Assembly: GCF_022846255.1 (NCBI RefSeq)
Contig: NZ_AP025682.1
DNA from: Escherichia coli
GTDB taxonomy: Bacteria > Pseudomonadota > Gammaproteobacteria > Enterobacterales > Enterobacteriaceae
DNA length: 64,000 bases
Reading direction: 5' to 3' (one strand)
Program-made: the position numbers and the translations under genes
The notes under the pieces: generated by a model
Database searches by the model: none
What the model was told of the DNA's origin: nothing
What the model saw: the letters and a program-made list of their open reading frames with translations, nothing else
Shown: one piece after another, positions 27,724 through 39,332 of the stretch
Position numbering within the stretch: the stretch's first letter is position 1
Layout of the letters: the number at the start of each line of letters is the position of its first letter

Positions 27724-28644
27724 ATGGAATTAAAGGATTATTACGCCATCATGGGCGTGAAACCGACGGACGATCTCAAGACAATCAAGACCGCCTATCG
27801 TCGACTGGCCCGCAAATACCATCCTGATGTCAGCAAAGAACCTGATGCCGAAGCCCGCTTCAAAGAGGTCGCTGAAGCCTGGGAAGTGTTAAGTGATGAA
27901 CAACGTCGCGCTGAGTATGATCAGATGTGGCAACATCGCAACGATCCGCAATTTAACCGTCAGTTCCATCATGGCGACGGTCAGAGTTTTAACGCCGAAG
28001 ATTTTGACGATATCTTCTCGTCAATTTTCGGTCAGCATGCCCGCCAGAGCCGTCAACGCCCCGCCACACGCGGCCACGATATTGAAATCGAAGTGGCGGT
28101 TTTCCTCGAAGAAACGCTTACTGAGCATAAGCGTACCATCAGCTATAACCTGCCGGTTTATAACGCCTTTGGCATGATCGAACAGGAAATCCCGAAAACG
28201 CTGAATGTGAAGATCCCGGCGGGCGTCGGCAATGGTCAACGCATCCGCCTGAAAGGCCAGGGGACGCCGGGCGAAAACGGCGGTCCAAATGGCGACCTGT
28301 GGCTGGTGATTCACATTGCGCCACATCCGCTGTTTGATATTGTCGGCCAGGATCTGGAAATAGTGGTGCCGGTTAGCCCGTGGGAAGCGGCGCTGGGTAC
28401 TAAAGTCACCGTTCCAACACTGAAAGAAAGCATTTTGCTGACTATCCCGCCTGGCAGCCAGGCCGGGCAACGATTGCGCGTTAAAGGCAAAGGTCTGGTG
28501 AGCAAAAAACAGACCGGCGATCTGTATGCGGTACTGAAAATCGTGATGCCGCCGAAACCGGATGAAAACACTGCCGCGCTGTGGCAGCAACTGGCAGACG
28601 CCCAGTCGTCTTTTGATCCACGTAAAGATTGGGGGAAAGCATAA
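27724..28644 (+). CDS. cbpA: Curved-DNA-binding DnaJ homologue CbpA
   Basis: 306 aa with an N-terminal J domain (YYAIMGV...HPDV). Confidence 0.95.
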
Positions 28645-28949
28645 TGGCTAATGTTACGGTGACTTTTACTATTACCGAATTTTGCCTGCATACCGGCATC
28701 TCTGAAGAGGAGTTGAATGAAATTGTCGGTTTGGGGGTGGTTGAACCGCGGGAGATCCAGGAGACAACCTGGGTATTTGACGACCATGCCGCCATTGTGG
28801 TGCAACGCGCGGTACGCCTGCGTCATGAACTGGCTCTGGACTGGCCGGGGATCGCGGTGGCGCTGACGTTAATGGATGATATTGCGCACCTGAAGCAGGA
28901 AAACCGCCTGCTGCGCCAGCGGCTTTCCCGGTTTGTGGCTCACCCGTGA
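28644..28949 (+). CDS. cbpM: CbpA modulator CbpM (MerR-like)
   Basis: 101 aa starting MANVTVTF at an ATG overlapping the cbpA stop. Confidence 0.9.
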
Positions 28950-29100
28950 GTTTGTTGCCTGATACGACGCTTAACGCATCTTATCAGGCCCACAAAAAGC
29001 ACTGTTCCCGTAGGCCGGATAAGGCGTTCTCGCCGCATCCGGCAACTGCGCACTAATGCCTGATGCGACGCCTGCCGCGTCTTATCAGGCCTACAAACGG
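28950..29100. repeat. REP elements downstream of cbpM
   Basis: Two or three copies of the GCCTGATGCGACGC...GCGTCTTATCAGGCCTAC-type palindrome. Confidence 0.8.
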
Positions 29101-29102
29101 CA

Positions 29103-29702
29103 TTATCTTTTTTGGTAGTCACACTCCACTAACACCAGCAATAACTGGCTTAGTGCCGCGTAAAAACCAAAGCTGTCATACTGTCGACAACGCGCAGCAA
29201 ACTCTGGTAACCATTCCCGCAGCGCCGTCAGTGTTTTTTGCCGCAAACCGTCGATTCTTCGCGCAGGAACGGTCCCCTCTCCCAGCGAAAAATGCAGATG
29301 ACTCAACAACTCGAGATAGATCGCCAGATGATCTGCCGGTTCGTTGAAATTGCCGCTGGTCTCCATCCCTGCCTCAACTAACAAGCGTTTAATCTCTTGC
29401 TCGTCCTGTTTGTAGGCCGATGCATACGGCAGCGCCGCTTGTTTGTCGGTCATCAGAAACAGGCCGCAAAAGTCAGCGGCCAGTTCCAGACGGGCATCGT
29501 CACGTACTGTCAGAGTGGCAATACTGTTTTCCAGCCCATTCACCGCCGCAGTGAGCGGAGGTTCGCTTTTCAGCAACGAAAACCATTCAGCCATCTGCGC
29601 ACTGGCGATTTGCGTCAGTTGTTCATCGTCCAGTTCACGGGAGAACAACTGCGCCAGCCAGGCGTAAACACAGGCAATCTGTTGTGCTGTCAGCGTGGTC
29701 AT
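29103..29702 (-). CDS. torD: TMAO reductase maturation chaperone TorD
   Basis: Start at the internal [16 protein letters not shown], 199 aa, overlapping the end of torA. Confidence 0.92.
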   Translation of the reverse strand: MTTLTAQQIACVYAWLAQLFSRELDDEQLTQIASAQMAEWFSLLKSEPPLTAAVNGLENSIATLTVRDDARLELAADFCGLFLMTDKQAALPYASAYKQDEQEIKRLLVEAGMETSGNFNEPADHLAIYLELLSHLHFSLGEGTVPARRIDGLRQKTLTALREWLPEFAARCRQYDSFGFYAALSQLLLVLVECDYQKR

Positions 29703-32245
29703 GATTTCACCTGCGACGCGGGAACATATTCGCACTGCGCCACCATCTCCACGGGGCCGTTAAACGCCGTCACCTGCTCCACTGTTCCGTTGTACTTCTC
29801 AATTTCCACCAGCGTAGTGTGCGCACTGGTCGCCTGCGCCAGCTGCGAAGTACCGATGTCGATGGTCAACACGTTGGGGTTACCGTATTTGCACAGCGCC
29901 CCTGGCTCGCCGCCTTTGTCCGGATCGTACCATGCCCCTTCGTGAATTCGCGCCACGCCGGGTGCATAACGGTCAGAAACCACTGCTCCAGCCAACACCT
30001 GACCACGAACGTTAAAGACGCGTACCACATCACCGTGACGAATACCGCGCGCGCTGGCATCCTGCGGGCTAATAAATACTGGCTCTTTACCCGCTACGGT
30101 ATATTGCTGACGCAGAGTTTCCGACTCACATAACTGCGAGTGAAGTCGGAAATCCGGATGCACAGATTGCAGATGCAACGGATACTTCTGCGAGCCAGGC
30201 CCACCGTGGGAGCGTTCGATTTTCTCAAACCACATCGGATGCCCCTGACAATCGTCGTAGTTCATGTCGGCGATGGTTTTCGAGTAGATCTCAATCAGGC
30301 CACTCGGCGTGCCCAGCGGTTCGAGATCCGGATCTTCGCGGAATGCCTGGTGGCGAACAAACATCTGCGGATGGTCAAACTCGACGTACTCTTTGTTATT
30401 CCAGAAGTCATCAAACGCTGGCAGATGAACGCCGCGTCCTTTGCCCTGTTGTACACCTTCCTGCCAGATGCGTTTCAGCCAGCCCATTTCGTCCAGCCCT
30501 TCGGTAAAGGCTTCTTCGCGATTAAAGCGACGGCACAGCTCGCGGAAAATATCAAAGTCGTTGCGCGCCTCGAACTGCGGCGGCACGACCTGTTTCATGG
30601 CGATGATGCCACGATTGGAGTGGTTGCCGTACTGGTCGAGATCGTTACGCTCAAACTGCGTGGTCGCAGGCAGCACGATATCGGCAAAGCGGCAGGTTGA
30701 GGTCCACTGGTTATCTATGGCGATAACCGTTTCCAGCTTGCGCCAGCCTTCAATAATGCGGTTGATCTGCTGATGGCGATGGAACGGGTTAGTTCCGGCA
30801 AAAATACACATTTTCAGCGGCGGCAGTTTTACCGATTTACCGTTCCAGTTGATTACTTTCCCCGGTTCGAGGATCGCATCGATAAAACGGGCAATCGGAA
30901 TGGTGCTGCTGTAGCCTTTGTAGTCACTGTTGTCGTGAACAGGCGGAATCGACGTAGAGCCGGAGAAACCACTCAAAATAACGCCTTTACGCCCCGGCGT
31001 GCCTGCGCCGTTATAGTGCCAGCCAAAACCAAAACCACCACCTGGCAGGCCAATTTGCCCCAGCATCGCCGCCAGAACGACAATCATCCACGCCCACTGT
31101 TCACCGTGCTGCATACGCTGTACGCACCAGCCAGCAATAATCTGCGTTCTGTTCGCCGCCATCTGCCGTGCCAGCCCACGAATGGTTTCGGCATCAATGC
31201 CGGTCAGTTTTTCTGCCCATGCGGCATCTTTCGGCTGACCGTCTTTCTCACCCAGCAGATACGGCAGGAACTGCTCAAAACCTACACAGTAGTTAGCGAG
31301 GAAGTTTTTGTCGTACAGGTTTTCACTGTACAGCGTATGCGCCAGAGCCAGTTGCAGCGGCACGTCAGTTTGCGGGTTAACCGCAATGTGCTTCACATGC
31401 TCGCCCCCCAGATACTCATGGGTGGATGTGACAACCGGATCGATGCTGATGACCTCAATTTCACCGGCGGCGACTTTCGCTTTTAGCTGCTCGTAATATT
31501 CATAAACATCGTGATCCGGGCACCACCAGTTCGCTTGCTGGTTTTTCAGCAAATCGGAGCCCCACAGCACAATGGTTTTGCTGTTCTGCAATACCAGCGG
31601 CCAGGAGGTTTGCTGTTCATACACTTCCATCGAACCGACTACGCGCGGCAGGATCACCTGCGCAGCCCCGGTAGAGTAATCTCCGCCTGTACCAACGCTA
31701 TTACCATGCAAGGCAATCGCTTTCGCCAGCATCCCCGAAGCGTTATGGAACATCCCCGTCGATTGCCAACCACTGGCGGTCAGCAAGGCACTCGGCCCGT
31801 GAGTTTTCTGTACGCGTTCCAGTTCTTCATAGAACATGTCGAGGGCTTCATCCCAGCTCACGCGCACAAAACGGTTATCACCGCGCTGGGAGGTGTCGCT
31901 CAGATGGCGCTTACGTAGCCAGTCCACGCGTACCATCGGATAACGAATACGCGCCGCGTTGTGTACATGATCCGGCAATCCGGCGATCATTTTCGACGGA
32001 TATTTATCCAGTTCGAACGGTTTTGCTGCCACGAAGCGACCCTCCTTCACCGTCGCGCGGATAGCCCCCCAGTGCGACCCGGTAAGAATGCCCTCTTTCG
32101 AGATGACAGCCTCAGTCGCCGCTTGCGCCGCAGTCGCACGGCGCGGCGTTAACAATGACGGCCCCAGCATCCCGGCGACGGTTAAGCCGCCGAGTTGTGC
32201 CAGAAAACGCCGACGTGATGCCTGAAAGAGATCGTTATTGTTCAT
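29699..32245 (-). CDS. torA: Trimethylamine-N-oxide reductase TorA (molybdoenzyme, Tat signal)
   Basis: 848 aa with a twin-arginine signal ([11 protein letters not shown]). Confidence 0.95.
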   Translation of the reverse strand: MNNNDLFQASRRRFLAQLGGLTVAGMLGPSLLTPRRATAAQAATEAVISKEGILTGSHWGAIRATVKEGRFVAAKPFELDKYPSKMIAGLPDHVHNAARIRYPMVRVDWLRKRHLSDTSQRGDNRFVRVSWDEALDMFYEELERVQKTHGPSALLTASGWQSTGMFHNASGMLAKAIALHGNSVGTGGDYSTGAAQVILPRVVGSMEVYEQQTSWPLVLQNSKTIVLWGSDLLKNQQANWWCPDHDVYEYYEQLKAKVAAGEIEVISIDPVVTSTHEYLGGEHVKHIAVNPQTDVPLQLALAHTLYSENLYDKNFLANYCVGFEQFLPYLLGEKDGQPKDAAWAEKLTGIDAETIRGLARQMAANRTQIIAGWCVQRMQHGEQWAWMIVVLAAMLGQIGLPGGGFGFGWHYNGAGTPGRKGVILSGFSGSTSIPPVHDNSDYKGYSSTIPIARFIDAILEPGKVINWNGKSVKLPPLKMCIFAGTNPFHRHQQINRIIEGWRKLETVIAIDNQWTSTCRFADIVLPATTQFERNDLDQYGNHSNRGIIAMKQVVPPQFEARNDFDIFRELCRRFNREEAFTEGLDEMGWLKRIWQEGVQQGKGRGVHLPAFDDFWNNKEYVEFDHPQMFVRHQAFREDPDLEPLGTPSGLIEIYSKTIADMNYDDCQGHPMWFEKIERSHGGPGSQKYPLHLQSVHPDFRLHSQLCESETLRQQYTVAGKEPVFISPQDASARGIRHGDVVRVFNVRGQVLAGAVVSDRYAPGVARIHEGAWYDPDKGGEPGALCKYGNPNVLTIDIGTSQLAQATSAHTTLVEIEKYNGTVEQVTAFNGPVEMVAQCEYVPASQVKS

Positions 32246-33417
32246 TATTTTTCTTCCTTCTTATCGCCGTGAGCTTTACCTGCGGTGTCAGACGCATTCA
32301 TTTGCAGATATTTCAACAAGGTGCGTTCTTCACGTTTATCGAGGCTGGTAAAGCCAATCATGCCGTTGAGCGTGCCGATCCAACCGTTAGCGTCAAAGTG
32401 GGATATTTCCGGTGCGCCGTGGCACTGGTTACAGGTGCCGTTGTACAGCGAATCCGCATAAGCCCAGATCGGTTTGATATCGTTCACCATGTCGCCTTTC
32501 TTCATCCACGCAGTGGCCTGCAACTTGCTCCACTCGGTATTGGTGTCGGCAACGGTGGTTTTCTCCAGTGTTTTCACCTGCTGCTGCACATCACCACGAA
32601 TCGAGGCAACAAAGATGCGTTTACCTGGGAATTGGGTGAGTACACGCTGACGTCCTGCACTTTCCGTCCAGCCAGTGATTTCAATTTGCAGCCAGTCGCC
32701 GTCACGTTTAAGGACTTTCACTTCCGAAGCAGGCAGCAGAGAACCAGACGCTTCTTTATCGCCTTTCGCCGCATAAATCGGCTTAATATCAATGGAGTAC
32801 AGCGTGTCACCACTATCATTAGCACTGGCGCGCAGCTCATCGAACTGCTTACGGAAGCCACTACTCATATCCGGTAACTGGTGGGCAATACCTTTATGAC
32901 AGTCGATGCAGGATTGATTATCTTTCGCTGCCACCTTCATCTGACGCGCCGCTTCAGGATGCTGCTTCGCATGATCCATCGCATCGTAGTTATGGCAGGA
33001 GCGGCAGGTTGCCGAGTTGTTTTCTTTCATTCGCGCCCATTCACGCTCGGCAAGTTCCGCGCGTTTGGCTTCAAATTTCTCAGGTGTATCAATGGAGTGG
33101 GCAATAAAGGTCTGGTAAATGTCGTTGCTCGCTTCCAGTTTGCGCTTCACCATGCCTGGAATATCCGGCGGGATATGACAGTCATGGCATTCAGCTCGCA
33201 CGCCGGAGGCGTTCTGGAAATGCACCGACTGTTTATATTCTTCATACACCGGTTGCATACTGTGGCAACTGACACAAAATTCGGTTGTGCTGGTGACTTT
33301 GATCCCAACGTGTGGCAATACAATCAGCGCAATGCCAATCACAATCCCAGTAGCGACCAGCGCCAGTACCGACCAACGAGCACTGGGTCGGCGTAGCGCG
33401 TTCCAGAGTTTCCGCAT
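32245..33417 (-). CDS. torC: Pentahaem c-type cytochrome TorC
   Basis: Start at the internal MRKLWNALRRP, 390 aa, with multiple CxxCH motifs. Confidence 0.93.
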   Translation of the reverse strand: MRKLWNALRRPSARWSVLALVATGIVIGIALIVLPHVGIKVTSTTEFCVSCHSMQPVYEEYKQSVHFQNASGVRAECHDCHIPPDIPGMVKRKLEASNDIYQTFIAHSIDTPEKFEAKRAELAEREWARMKENNSATCRSCHNYDAMDHAKQHPEAARQMKVAAKDNQSCIDCHKGIAHQLPDMSSGFRKQFDELRASANDSGDTLYSIDIKPIYAAKGDKEASGSLLPASEVKVLKRDGDWLQIEITGWTESAGRQRVLTQFPGKRIFVASIRGDVQQQVKTLEKTTVADTNTEWSKLQATAWMKKGDMVNDIKPIWAYADSLYNGTCNQCHGAPEISHFDANGWIGTLNGMIGFTSLDKREERTLLKYLQMNASDTAGKAHGDKKEEK

Positions 33418-33465
33418 AATAGCCCCTGTAAAATTATGGTTTAGTGAAGCGATCTTAATGAGCAA

Positions 33466-33528
33466 ATATGAACAGCGGCACTGGTCAGGATGAACGGCTT
33501 ACGGCAGAATATGAACAGATATGAACAG
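33466..33528. promoter_or_regulatory. tor boxes (TorR binding decamers) in the torC-torR intergenic region
   Basis: ATATGAACAG, the reverse complement of CTGTTCATAT, occurs at 33466, 33509 and 33519, with a degenerate copy near 33488. Confidence 0.85.
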
Positions 33529-33546
33529 AATGAGTAAAACCCTCTG

Positions 33547-34239
33547 ATGCCACATCACATTGTTATTGTTGAAGATGAGCCGGTTACCCAGGCGCGATTA
33601 CAATCTTACTTCACTCAGGAGGGGTATACCGTTTCCGTTACGGCGAGCGGTGCCGGGCTGCGGGAAATTATGCAGAATCAGCCGGTGGATTTGATTCTGC
33701 TGGATATCAATTTGCCCGATGAAAATGGCCTGATGTTAACCCGCGCCCTGCGAGAACGCTCAACGGTGGGGATTATTCTGGTTACCGGACGCAGCGATCG
33801 GATTGACCGTATTGTTGGGCTGGAAATGGGCGCAGACGATTACGTCACCAAACCGCTGGAGCTGCGCGAACTGGTGGTACGAGTGAAAAATTTGCTCTGG
33901 CGAATCGACCTCGCGCGACAGGCGCAACCGCACACTCAGGACAACTGCTATCGCTTTGCCGGTTATTGCCTGAATGTGTCGCGCCATACGCTGGAGCGGG
34001 ATGGAGAGCCGATTAAACTGACCCGCGCAGAGTATGAAATGCTGGTGGCGTTTGTGACCAATCCCGGCGAAATTCTCAGCCGTGAACGTCTGCTGCGTAT
34101 GCTCTCTGCGCGTCGGGTGGAAAACCCTGACCTGCGCACCGTCGATGTGTTAATTCGTCGTTTACGCCATAAACTCAGTGCAGATTTACTGGTGACACAA
34201 CATGGCGAAGGTTATTTCTTAGCCGCTGATGTGTGCTGA
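33547..34239 (+). CDS. torR: Response regulator TorR (OmpR family)
   Basis: 230 aa with a receiver domain and a winged-helix domain. Confidence 0.95.
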   Translation: MPHHIVIVEDEPVTQARLQSYFTQEGYTVSVTASGAGLREIMQNQPVDLILLDINLPDENGLMLTRALRERSTVGIILVTGRSDRIDRIVGLEMGADDYVTKPLELRELVVRVKNLLWRIDLARQAQPHTQDNCYRFAGYCLNVSRHTLERDGEPIKLTRAEYEMLVAFVTNPGEILSRERLLRMLSARRVENPDLRTVDVLIRRLRHKLSADLLVTQHGEGYFLAADVC

Positions 34240-35240
34240 TAAAAATAGACCGGACGAAATCCCCCTGGTGACAGCGAGCGACGGATATGTTCGCGGTCGG
34301 CATTTTTCGGCGTCATGACTAAAATCGGTGGGCTGACATTATCAGACACCGATTGCCCCTGTAATTGCCTGATAGCCTGCTCAACCGCCAGTTCCCCCTG
34401 CCAGACCATTTGATCGCTGGCTGCCATAATCACTCTTCCCCGCTTCAACCCGCGATACACCTGATGTGAAAGATAAAACGACACCACGGTAAGCGGCGTT
34501 TTCAGGTTGCGCCCTTCCCCCATTGCCGCCTCTGCCGCAATGGCCGTTCCGGCAACGACGTCGATTTCTGGATGGCGTTCCAGCATCTCCTGCAACAGGT
34601 TACGCTGGATTTCAATATCGTTATCACCGAGCGCAATATCAACAATACGTACCGGGCTTCCGGCAATGGCTGCGCGAAAACCCTCTACCATCTCCTTACT
34701 GCCCCCGGCGTTATCGGGGCCGGGCATCAACAGCACGTTCAGTGGTTTACCGTGCGCCCATTGCACCAGATATCGCCCTGGTTGATAGCCCATCTGAAAC
34801 CAGGGCACACCAACGCGGCTTTTCACCTGGGGAGCATCAATAGCATTCACCAGTTCGATCACCGGCAGATTTGCTACCTGCTTTTGCAGATCGGGAAATG
34901 ACGTCGTGCTACTACCGAGCAAAATGGCCTCTGCGCCCCACTGTTTACATTGGTCGATTTGTGCTTGCTGGGTAGCCAACTGGCTGTAGCCGCCTGCCTC
35001 CAGCACTTTTAAATCCACACCGTAGCGGCGAGCAGCCTCCTGCATACCATAGTTCAACGATAACCAGTATGAATCTTTCAGGCTGGGATAAAGCGCGCAC
35101 AGTTTCCATGCGCGTTTGGCTTTAAGCGGCGTAGAGGCTTGCACCGTGTAATGCTGCGCATCATGCCAGCGCAACAGGTTATCAGCCGAAAATGCCGATA
35201 ACATGAAAAGGGAAAGAAGTAAAAATAGCAGTACGCGCAT
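34212..35240 (-). CDS. torT: Periplasmic TMAO-binding protein TorT
   Basis: 342-aa ORF with a signal peptide. Confidence 0.93.
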   Translation of the reverse strand: MRVLLFLLLSLFMLSAFSADNLLRWHDAQHYTVQASTPLKAKRAWKLCALYPSLKDSYWLSLNYGMQEAARRYGVDLKVLEAGGYSQLATQQAQIDQCKQWGAEAILLGSSTTSFPDLQKQVANLPVIELVNAIDAPQVKSRVGVPWFQMGYQPGRYLVQWAHGKPLNVLLMPGPDNAGGSKEMVEGFRAAIAGSPVRIVDIALGDNDIEIQRNLLQEMLERHPEIDVVAGTAIAAEAAMGEGRNLKTPLTVVSFYLSHQVYRGLKRGRVIMAASDQMVWQGELAVEQAIRQLQGQSVSDNVSPPILVMTPKNADREHIRRSLSPGGFRPVYFYQHTSAAKK

Positions 35241-35766
35241 GATAGCCTCATCAATAATAAGGCTTTATGCTAGATGCATTCTGCTTTGCGACTCAACCTT
35301 TTTCACCTAAAGGATGACAAAATCACATAAATAATTTAAAAATCATAGCATTAGATTACTTAATGATTAAATAATAGACTGCAAAACGCGACAAAACACA
35401 ACATATCCAGTCACTATGAATCAACTACTTAGATGGTATTAGTGACCTGTAGCAGAGCATTAGCGCAAGGTGATTTTTGTCTTCTTGCGCTAATTTTTTG
35501 TCATCAAACCTGTCGCACTCCAGAGAAGCGCAACGCCTCGCAATCCAGTGCAAAGCTTTGCGTGCCCCCACTACGACCTGCATAACCAGTAAGAAGATAG
35601 CAGTGATGTCAAACGACGCAGCTGACTTCTTTTCTTTCACGACTTCCCCACACCCAGCATGCATACCTTTCTGCCATAACTGTAGTGAATGTCTGCTATG
35701 AGCGAGGAGTGATCATTAGCCTCTCAGCCGGATGCCTTAGAGTACGCCAGAAATAAAAGGATTGCG

Positions 35767-36960
35767 CTACTGCGCCTTCCTGTTTTGACGGGATGTGGCA
35801 TATGTCATCGCTACCGCTCCCAGAAGTAACAAACCACTTAAACCAAAAGCACTTCTCCATCCCAGACTGTCGAATACCAGACCTCCAGCTGTTGAACCAA
35901 GTGCAATAAATAACTGAATCACCGCAACCATGAGGCCTCCCCCCGTCTCTGCATCTTCGGGTAACGCGCGTGCTATCCATGTCCACCACCCCGTTGGCGC
36001 AGCTGTCGCAAGTAGCCCCCACAGGCTGAGTAGAACGGCAACAGCCCAGATATGGTGTCCGACCAGCAGTAGCGCACCGGTAATCGCTGCCATAAGCAAC
36101 GGGATCATGATTAAGGTCTTATAAAATGTGGTGTTCAGGAATGTTGAGACGATCATTGTGCCGACAAAACCTGCTACGCCTATTGCGAGCAAAATCAGAG
36201 AAAGATCAGAAGGTCCCACTCTGGTGACGCTCTCCAGAAAGGGGCGCACGTAGGTAAATAAAGCAAACTGTCCCATAAAGAAGAGTCCGCAGGCCAGCAG
36301 TCCCGTTGGTACGATGGCAACGCTGAACAGGCGAAGCACAGATCTCTGTGGCTTTTGTGTTTTATCACTTTCCATCGGAGGCAGACTGACCCATTGCCAG
36401 ATGAACGCAGCTATCGCAAGGGGGACCAGACATAAAAAGGCCCCACGCCAACCGATGGTTGTCCCCAGATAGCTACCAAGCGGCGCTGCTACAACGGTGG
36501 CCAGCGCGTTGCCGCCGTTAAAAATTGCCAGTGCGCGGGAAACCTGGTGCTGCGGCACGAGCCGAATGGCGGTTGCAGCCGACATTGACCAGAACCCTCC
36601 GATGACAACACCAATCAGAGCCCTCCCCAGCATATAAATCGGATAGTCAGGTGCTATAGTGATAATTATTCCCGATATGGCCATTAAGACCGTCAGTCCT
36701 AGCAAAAGATATTTTCGATCCAGGTCTCCGACAATACGGGAGATAGTCAGACTGGTAAGCACCGCCAGCGCACCAGAGACAGCAATTCCTTGCCCTGCCA
36801 GCCCTTCGGTAACGTGCAAATCATGGGCAATGAGCGTAAGCAGGCTGACTGGCATAAACTCAGAAGCGATCAGCACAAACACGCAAAGCGTCATGGCGAA
36901 TACGCCGCTCCAGTATGCATGCGTTTTTCCGTATGATTGTTTGAGACTTACAGTGGACAT
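35767..36960 (-). CDS. MFS transporter (12-TM, DHA1-like), strain-specific accessory gene
   Basis: 397-aa polytopic ORF with MFS signature-like GRALIGVVIGG; it lies where torS would be in K-12. Confidence 0.75.
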   Translation of the reverse strand: MSTVSLKQSYGKTHAYWSGVFAMTLCVFVLIASEFMPVSLLTLIAHDLHVTEGLAGQGIAVSGALAVLTSLTISRIVGDLDRKYLLLGLTVLMAISGIIITIAPDYPIYMLGRALIGVVIGGFWSMSAATAIRLVPQHQVSRALAIFNGGNALATVVAAPLGSYLGTTIGWRGAFLCLVPLAIAAFIWQWVSLPPMESDKTQKPQRSVLRLFSVAIVPTGLLACGLFFMGQFALFTYVRPFLESVTRVGPSDLSLILLAIGVAGFVGTMIVSTFLNTTFYKTLIMIPLLMAAITGALLLVGHHIWAVAVLLSLWGLLATAAPTGWWTWIARALPEDAETGGGLMVAVIQLFIALGSTAGGLVFDSLGWRSAFGLSGLLLLGAVAMTYATSRQNRKAQ

Positions 36961-37137
36961 TATTAGCCCCCCTTAATATCGAACCAGCCAGATTCAGGCG
37001 CAGTCGGGTCAGAAGTTATTCAGGGAATAACGACATAATAGTTGGGTGAGAATAGAGGGCGATGCGGCATATTCTGCATCACACCAGACAGTTAAAAGCC
37101 ACCCGTTTACGACAGGTGGCCTGGTAAACCTTTCGGG

Positions 37138-38289
37138 TTATCTTAAGTTTGCCTTGAAAAATTGCTCAAATTTGGCAAATGGGATCTTACCCGCAACGTT
37201 GTCGTACAGATCAACATGGTTTGCCCCGGGGACAATCACTAACTCTTTCTCTTTGCTGCCGATTGCCTTAAAGGCATCTTCAGCAAAATAGCGTGAATGG
37301 GCTTTTTCACCGGTCACGATGAGTGTAGGGATAGTAACTTCATTAGCATAACTCAGCAGCGGCATATTCATAAATGACAGCGGCATGGTTGCATTCCAAG
37401 CACTGGTTGAGTTGACCGAACGCGCATGGAAACCACGCGGCATGCGGTAATAATCAAAGAACTCTTTCAATACCGGATTTGGATTCGCTGGCAGAGTTTC
37501 CGGCAAAATACGATCGGAAGCGGTGACGTTGCCCTTCTCATCAACGTAAATATCATGCCCGCCTGGCGCGAAAGCGCCATTTTCAGCATCCTTCCAGCGC
37601 TGCATGTTCAGATACTGCAATACGGCACGACGATCGGCAGTGGTGTAGCGGTCTTTGCCATCGCCCACGCCATGCCCCATTGCACGGCTCATGTCATACA
37701 TCACGCTGCTCGCCACCGCCTTGACACGTGTGTCCATCGCGGCGTCGTTTAAGGCCATGCCACCCCATCCGCAGATGCCGAGCAACCCGATACGGTTGCG
37801 ATCCACCTCTTTTTGCAGGCCTAAGAAATCAACCGCCGCGCTGAAATCCTCGGTGTTGATATCCGGAGATGCGACGTTTCGCGGGTAGCCGCCGCTTTCA
37901 CCCGTGTATGAAGGGTCAAAAGCCAGAGTGACAAACCCCCGTTCAGCCAGCGTCTGCGCATACAGGCCACTGGATTGCTCTTTCACCGCCCCGAAGGGGC
38001 CACTAACAGCAATAGCTGCCAGCTTGCGATCGCCACGATCCTTCGGTATATAGAGATCCCCGACTAAGGTGATCCCGTACCGGTTCGGAAAGGTCACCTT
38101 ACGGTGATCAACTTTCGTGCTCTCAGCAAACGTTTTATCCCATTTCTCGACCTGCGAAACGGGCGCGTTCGGATTGGTTGTATCAGCGTAACTCATATTT
38201 GTGACTCCATTTAATGATACGCATAACAGCATGGCGGGTATCGCAGCTGTCAATTTTTGGGTGAAAGCAGTCATCAAAATTCCCCTCAT
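37138..38289 (-). CDS. Secreted alpha/beta hydrolase, dienelactone-hydrolase-like, with a Cys nucleophile
   Basis: 383 aa with an N-terminal signal peptide and a nucleophile elbow GICGWGG (GxCxG), co-directional with the MFS gene. Confidence 0.6.
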   Translation of the reverse strand: MRGILMTAFTQKLTAAIPAMLLCVSLNGVTNMSYADTTNPNAPVSQVEKWDKTFAESTKVDHRKVTFPNRYGITLVGDLYIPKDRGDRKLAAIAVSGPFGAVKEQSSGLYAQTLAERGFVTLAFDPSYTGESGGYPRNVASPDINTEDFSAAVDFLGLQKEVDRNRIGLLGICGWGGMALNDAAMDTRVKAVASSVMYDMSRAMGHGVGDGKDRYTTADRRAVLQYLNMQRWKDAENGAFAPGGHDIYVDEKGNVTASDRILPETLPANPNPVLKEFFDYYRMPRGFHARSVNSTSAWNATMPLSFMNMPLLSYANEVTIPTLIVTGEKAHSRYFAEDAFKAIGSKEKELVIVPGANHVDLYDNVAGKIPFAKFEQFFKANLR

Positions 38290-38444
38290 AAAATGTGCCA
38301 GATACTGGTTTCAGACGGATAACACTGCTGTGCTTTGTTGCAACGTGCACATTATAGTTAGCATTAATAGTGCTAATTAGAGGGTAAAAAATGCTAAGAT
38401 TAATAACATATTGTTCTTAATCGTGATGCAGCAGCAGAGGAAGG

Positions 38445-39332
38445 ATGATGGCGAAACGGGAAAACTATAACGATCTCTATCTGTTTATGAAGGTCGTGCG
38501 AGAAGGGAGTTTTACCGCCGCCGCGCAGAGGCTTGGCCTGGCGCAGTCAGGAATTAGCCGTGCAGTGCGCGAGCTGGAAGAGCGACTGGGCGTGCAGCTT
38601 CTAGTACGCACCACGCGCAAGTTATCGCTCACCCATGCCGGCGAGTTATTCTATCGAAACGTCGAATCTGGATTTGACGCCTTAGATATGGGGCTTGCCA
38701 CGCTGGCCCATTATCGCCATACACCATCGGGTACGGTCCGAATTAATGCGAGCCAGCATGCCATTGATAAAGTGCTTCTGCCGAAGCTGGCGGTGTTTAA
38801 ACAACGATACCCGGATATTCGGCTGGAGCTCATCAGCGAAAGCCGGTTTGTCGATATTATTACTGAGCGCTTCGATGCCGGTATACGTCTGGGCTCGGAA
38901 GTGGATAGCGGTATGGTTGCGGTGCGCATTTCGCCCGATATGGAGATGGCCGTTGTCGGCACACCCGAGCACTTTCGTCGCTACGGATTTCCGCAAACCC
39001 CCACCGATTTAGTGGGTCATCCCTGCATCGCTTACCAGTTCGGCGACGGCAGCCTGTATGCCTGGGAACTCAATCAGGACGGTAAAAAGATCACCCATCA
39101 GCCTCAGGGACAATGGGCCTTTGCTGACAGTTATATGGAAGCCAAAGCCGCGAGGCTAGGTCTGGGACTGGCTTATGTTCCGGAGGAATTGGTGTCTGAT
39201 GATATAGAACAGGGGGCGCTGATCAGAGTTTTGCAATGCTACAGCCAACGCCTGGCAGGTTCATATATCTATTATCCGCACAGAAATGTGTCACCCGCTC
39301 TACGAGCGGTTATCGATACATTGAGAATTTAA
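38445..39332 (+). CDS. LysR-type transcriptional regulator, divergent from the hydrolase-MFS pair
   Basis: 295 aa with an N-terminal LysR HTH (FTAAAQRLGLAQSGISRAVRELEERLGVQLL). Confidence 0.85.
   Translation: MMAKRENYNDLYLFMKVVREGSFTAAAQRLGLAQSGISRAVRELEERLGVQLLVRTTRKLSLTHAGELFYRNVESGFDALDMGLATLAHYRHTPSGTVRINASQHAIDKVLLPKLAVFKQRYPDIRLELISESRFVDIITERFDAGIRLGSEVDSGMVAVRISPDMEMAVVGTPEHFRRYGFPQTPTDLVGHPCIAYQFGDGSLYAWELNQDGKKITHQPQGQWAFADSYMEAKAARLGLGLAYVPEELVSDDIEQGALIRVLQCYSQRLAGSYIYYPHRNVSPALRAVIDTLRI

Noticed and set aside
35416-35442. ATG AAT... start resembling the beginning of torS (MN...)
   Set aside because: There are only 8 codons before a stop and no further similarity to the TorS N-terminus, so this is a coincidental match.
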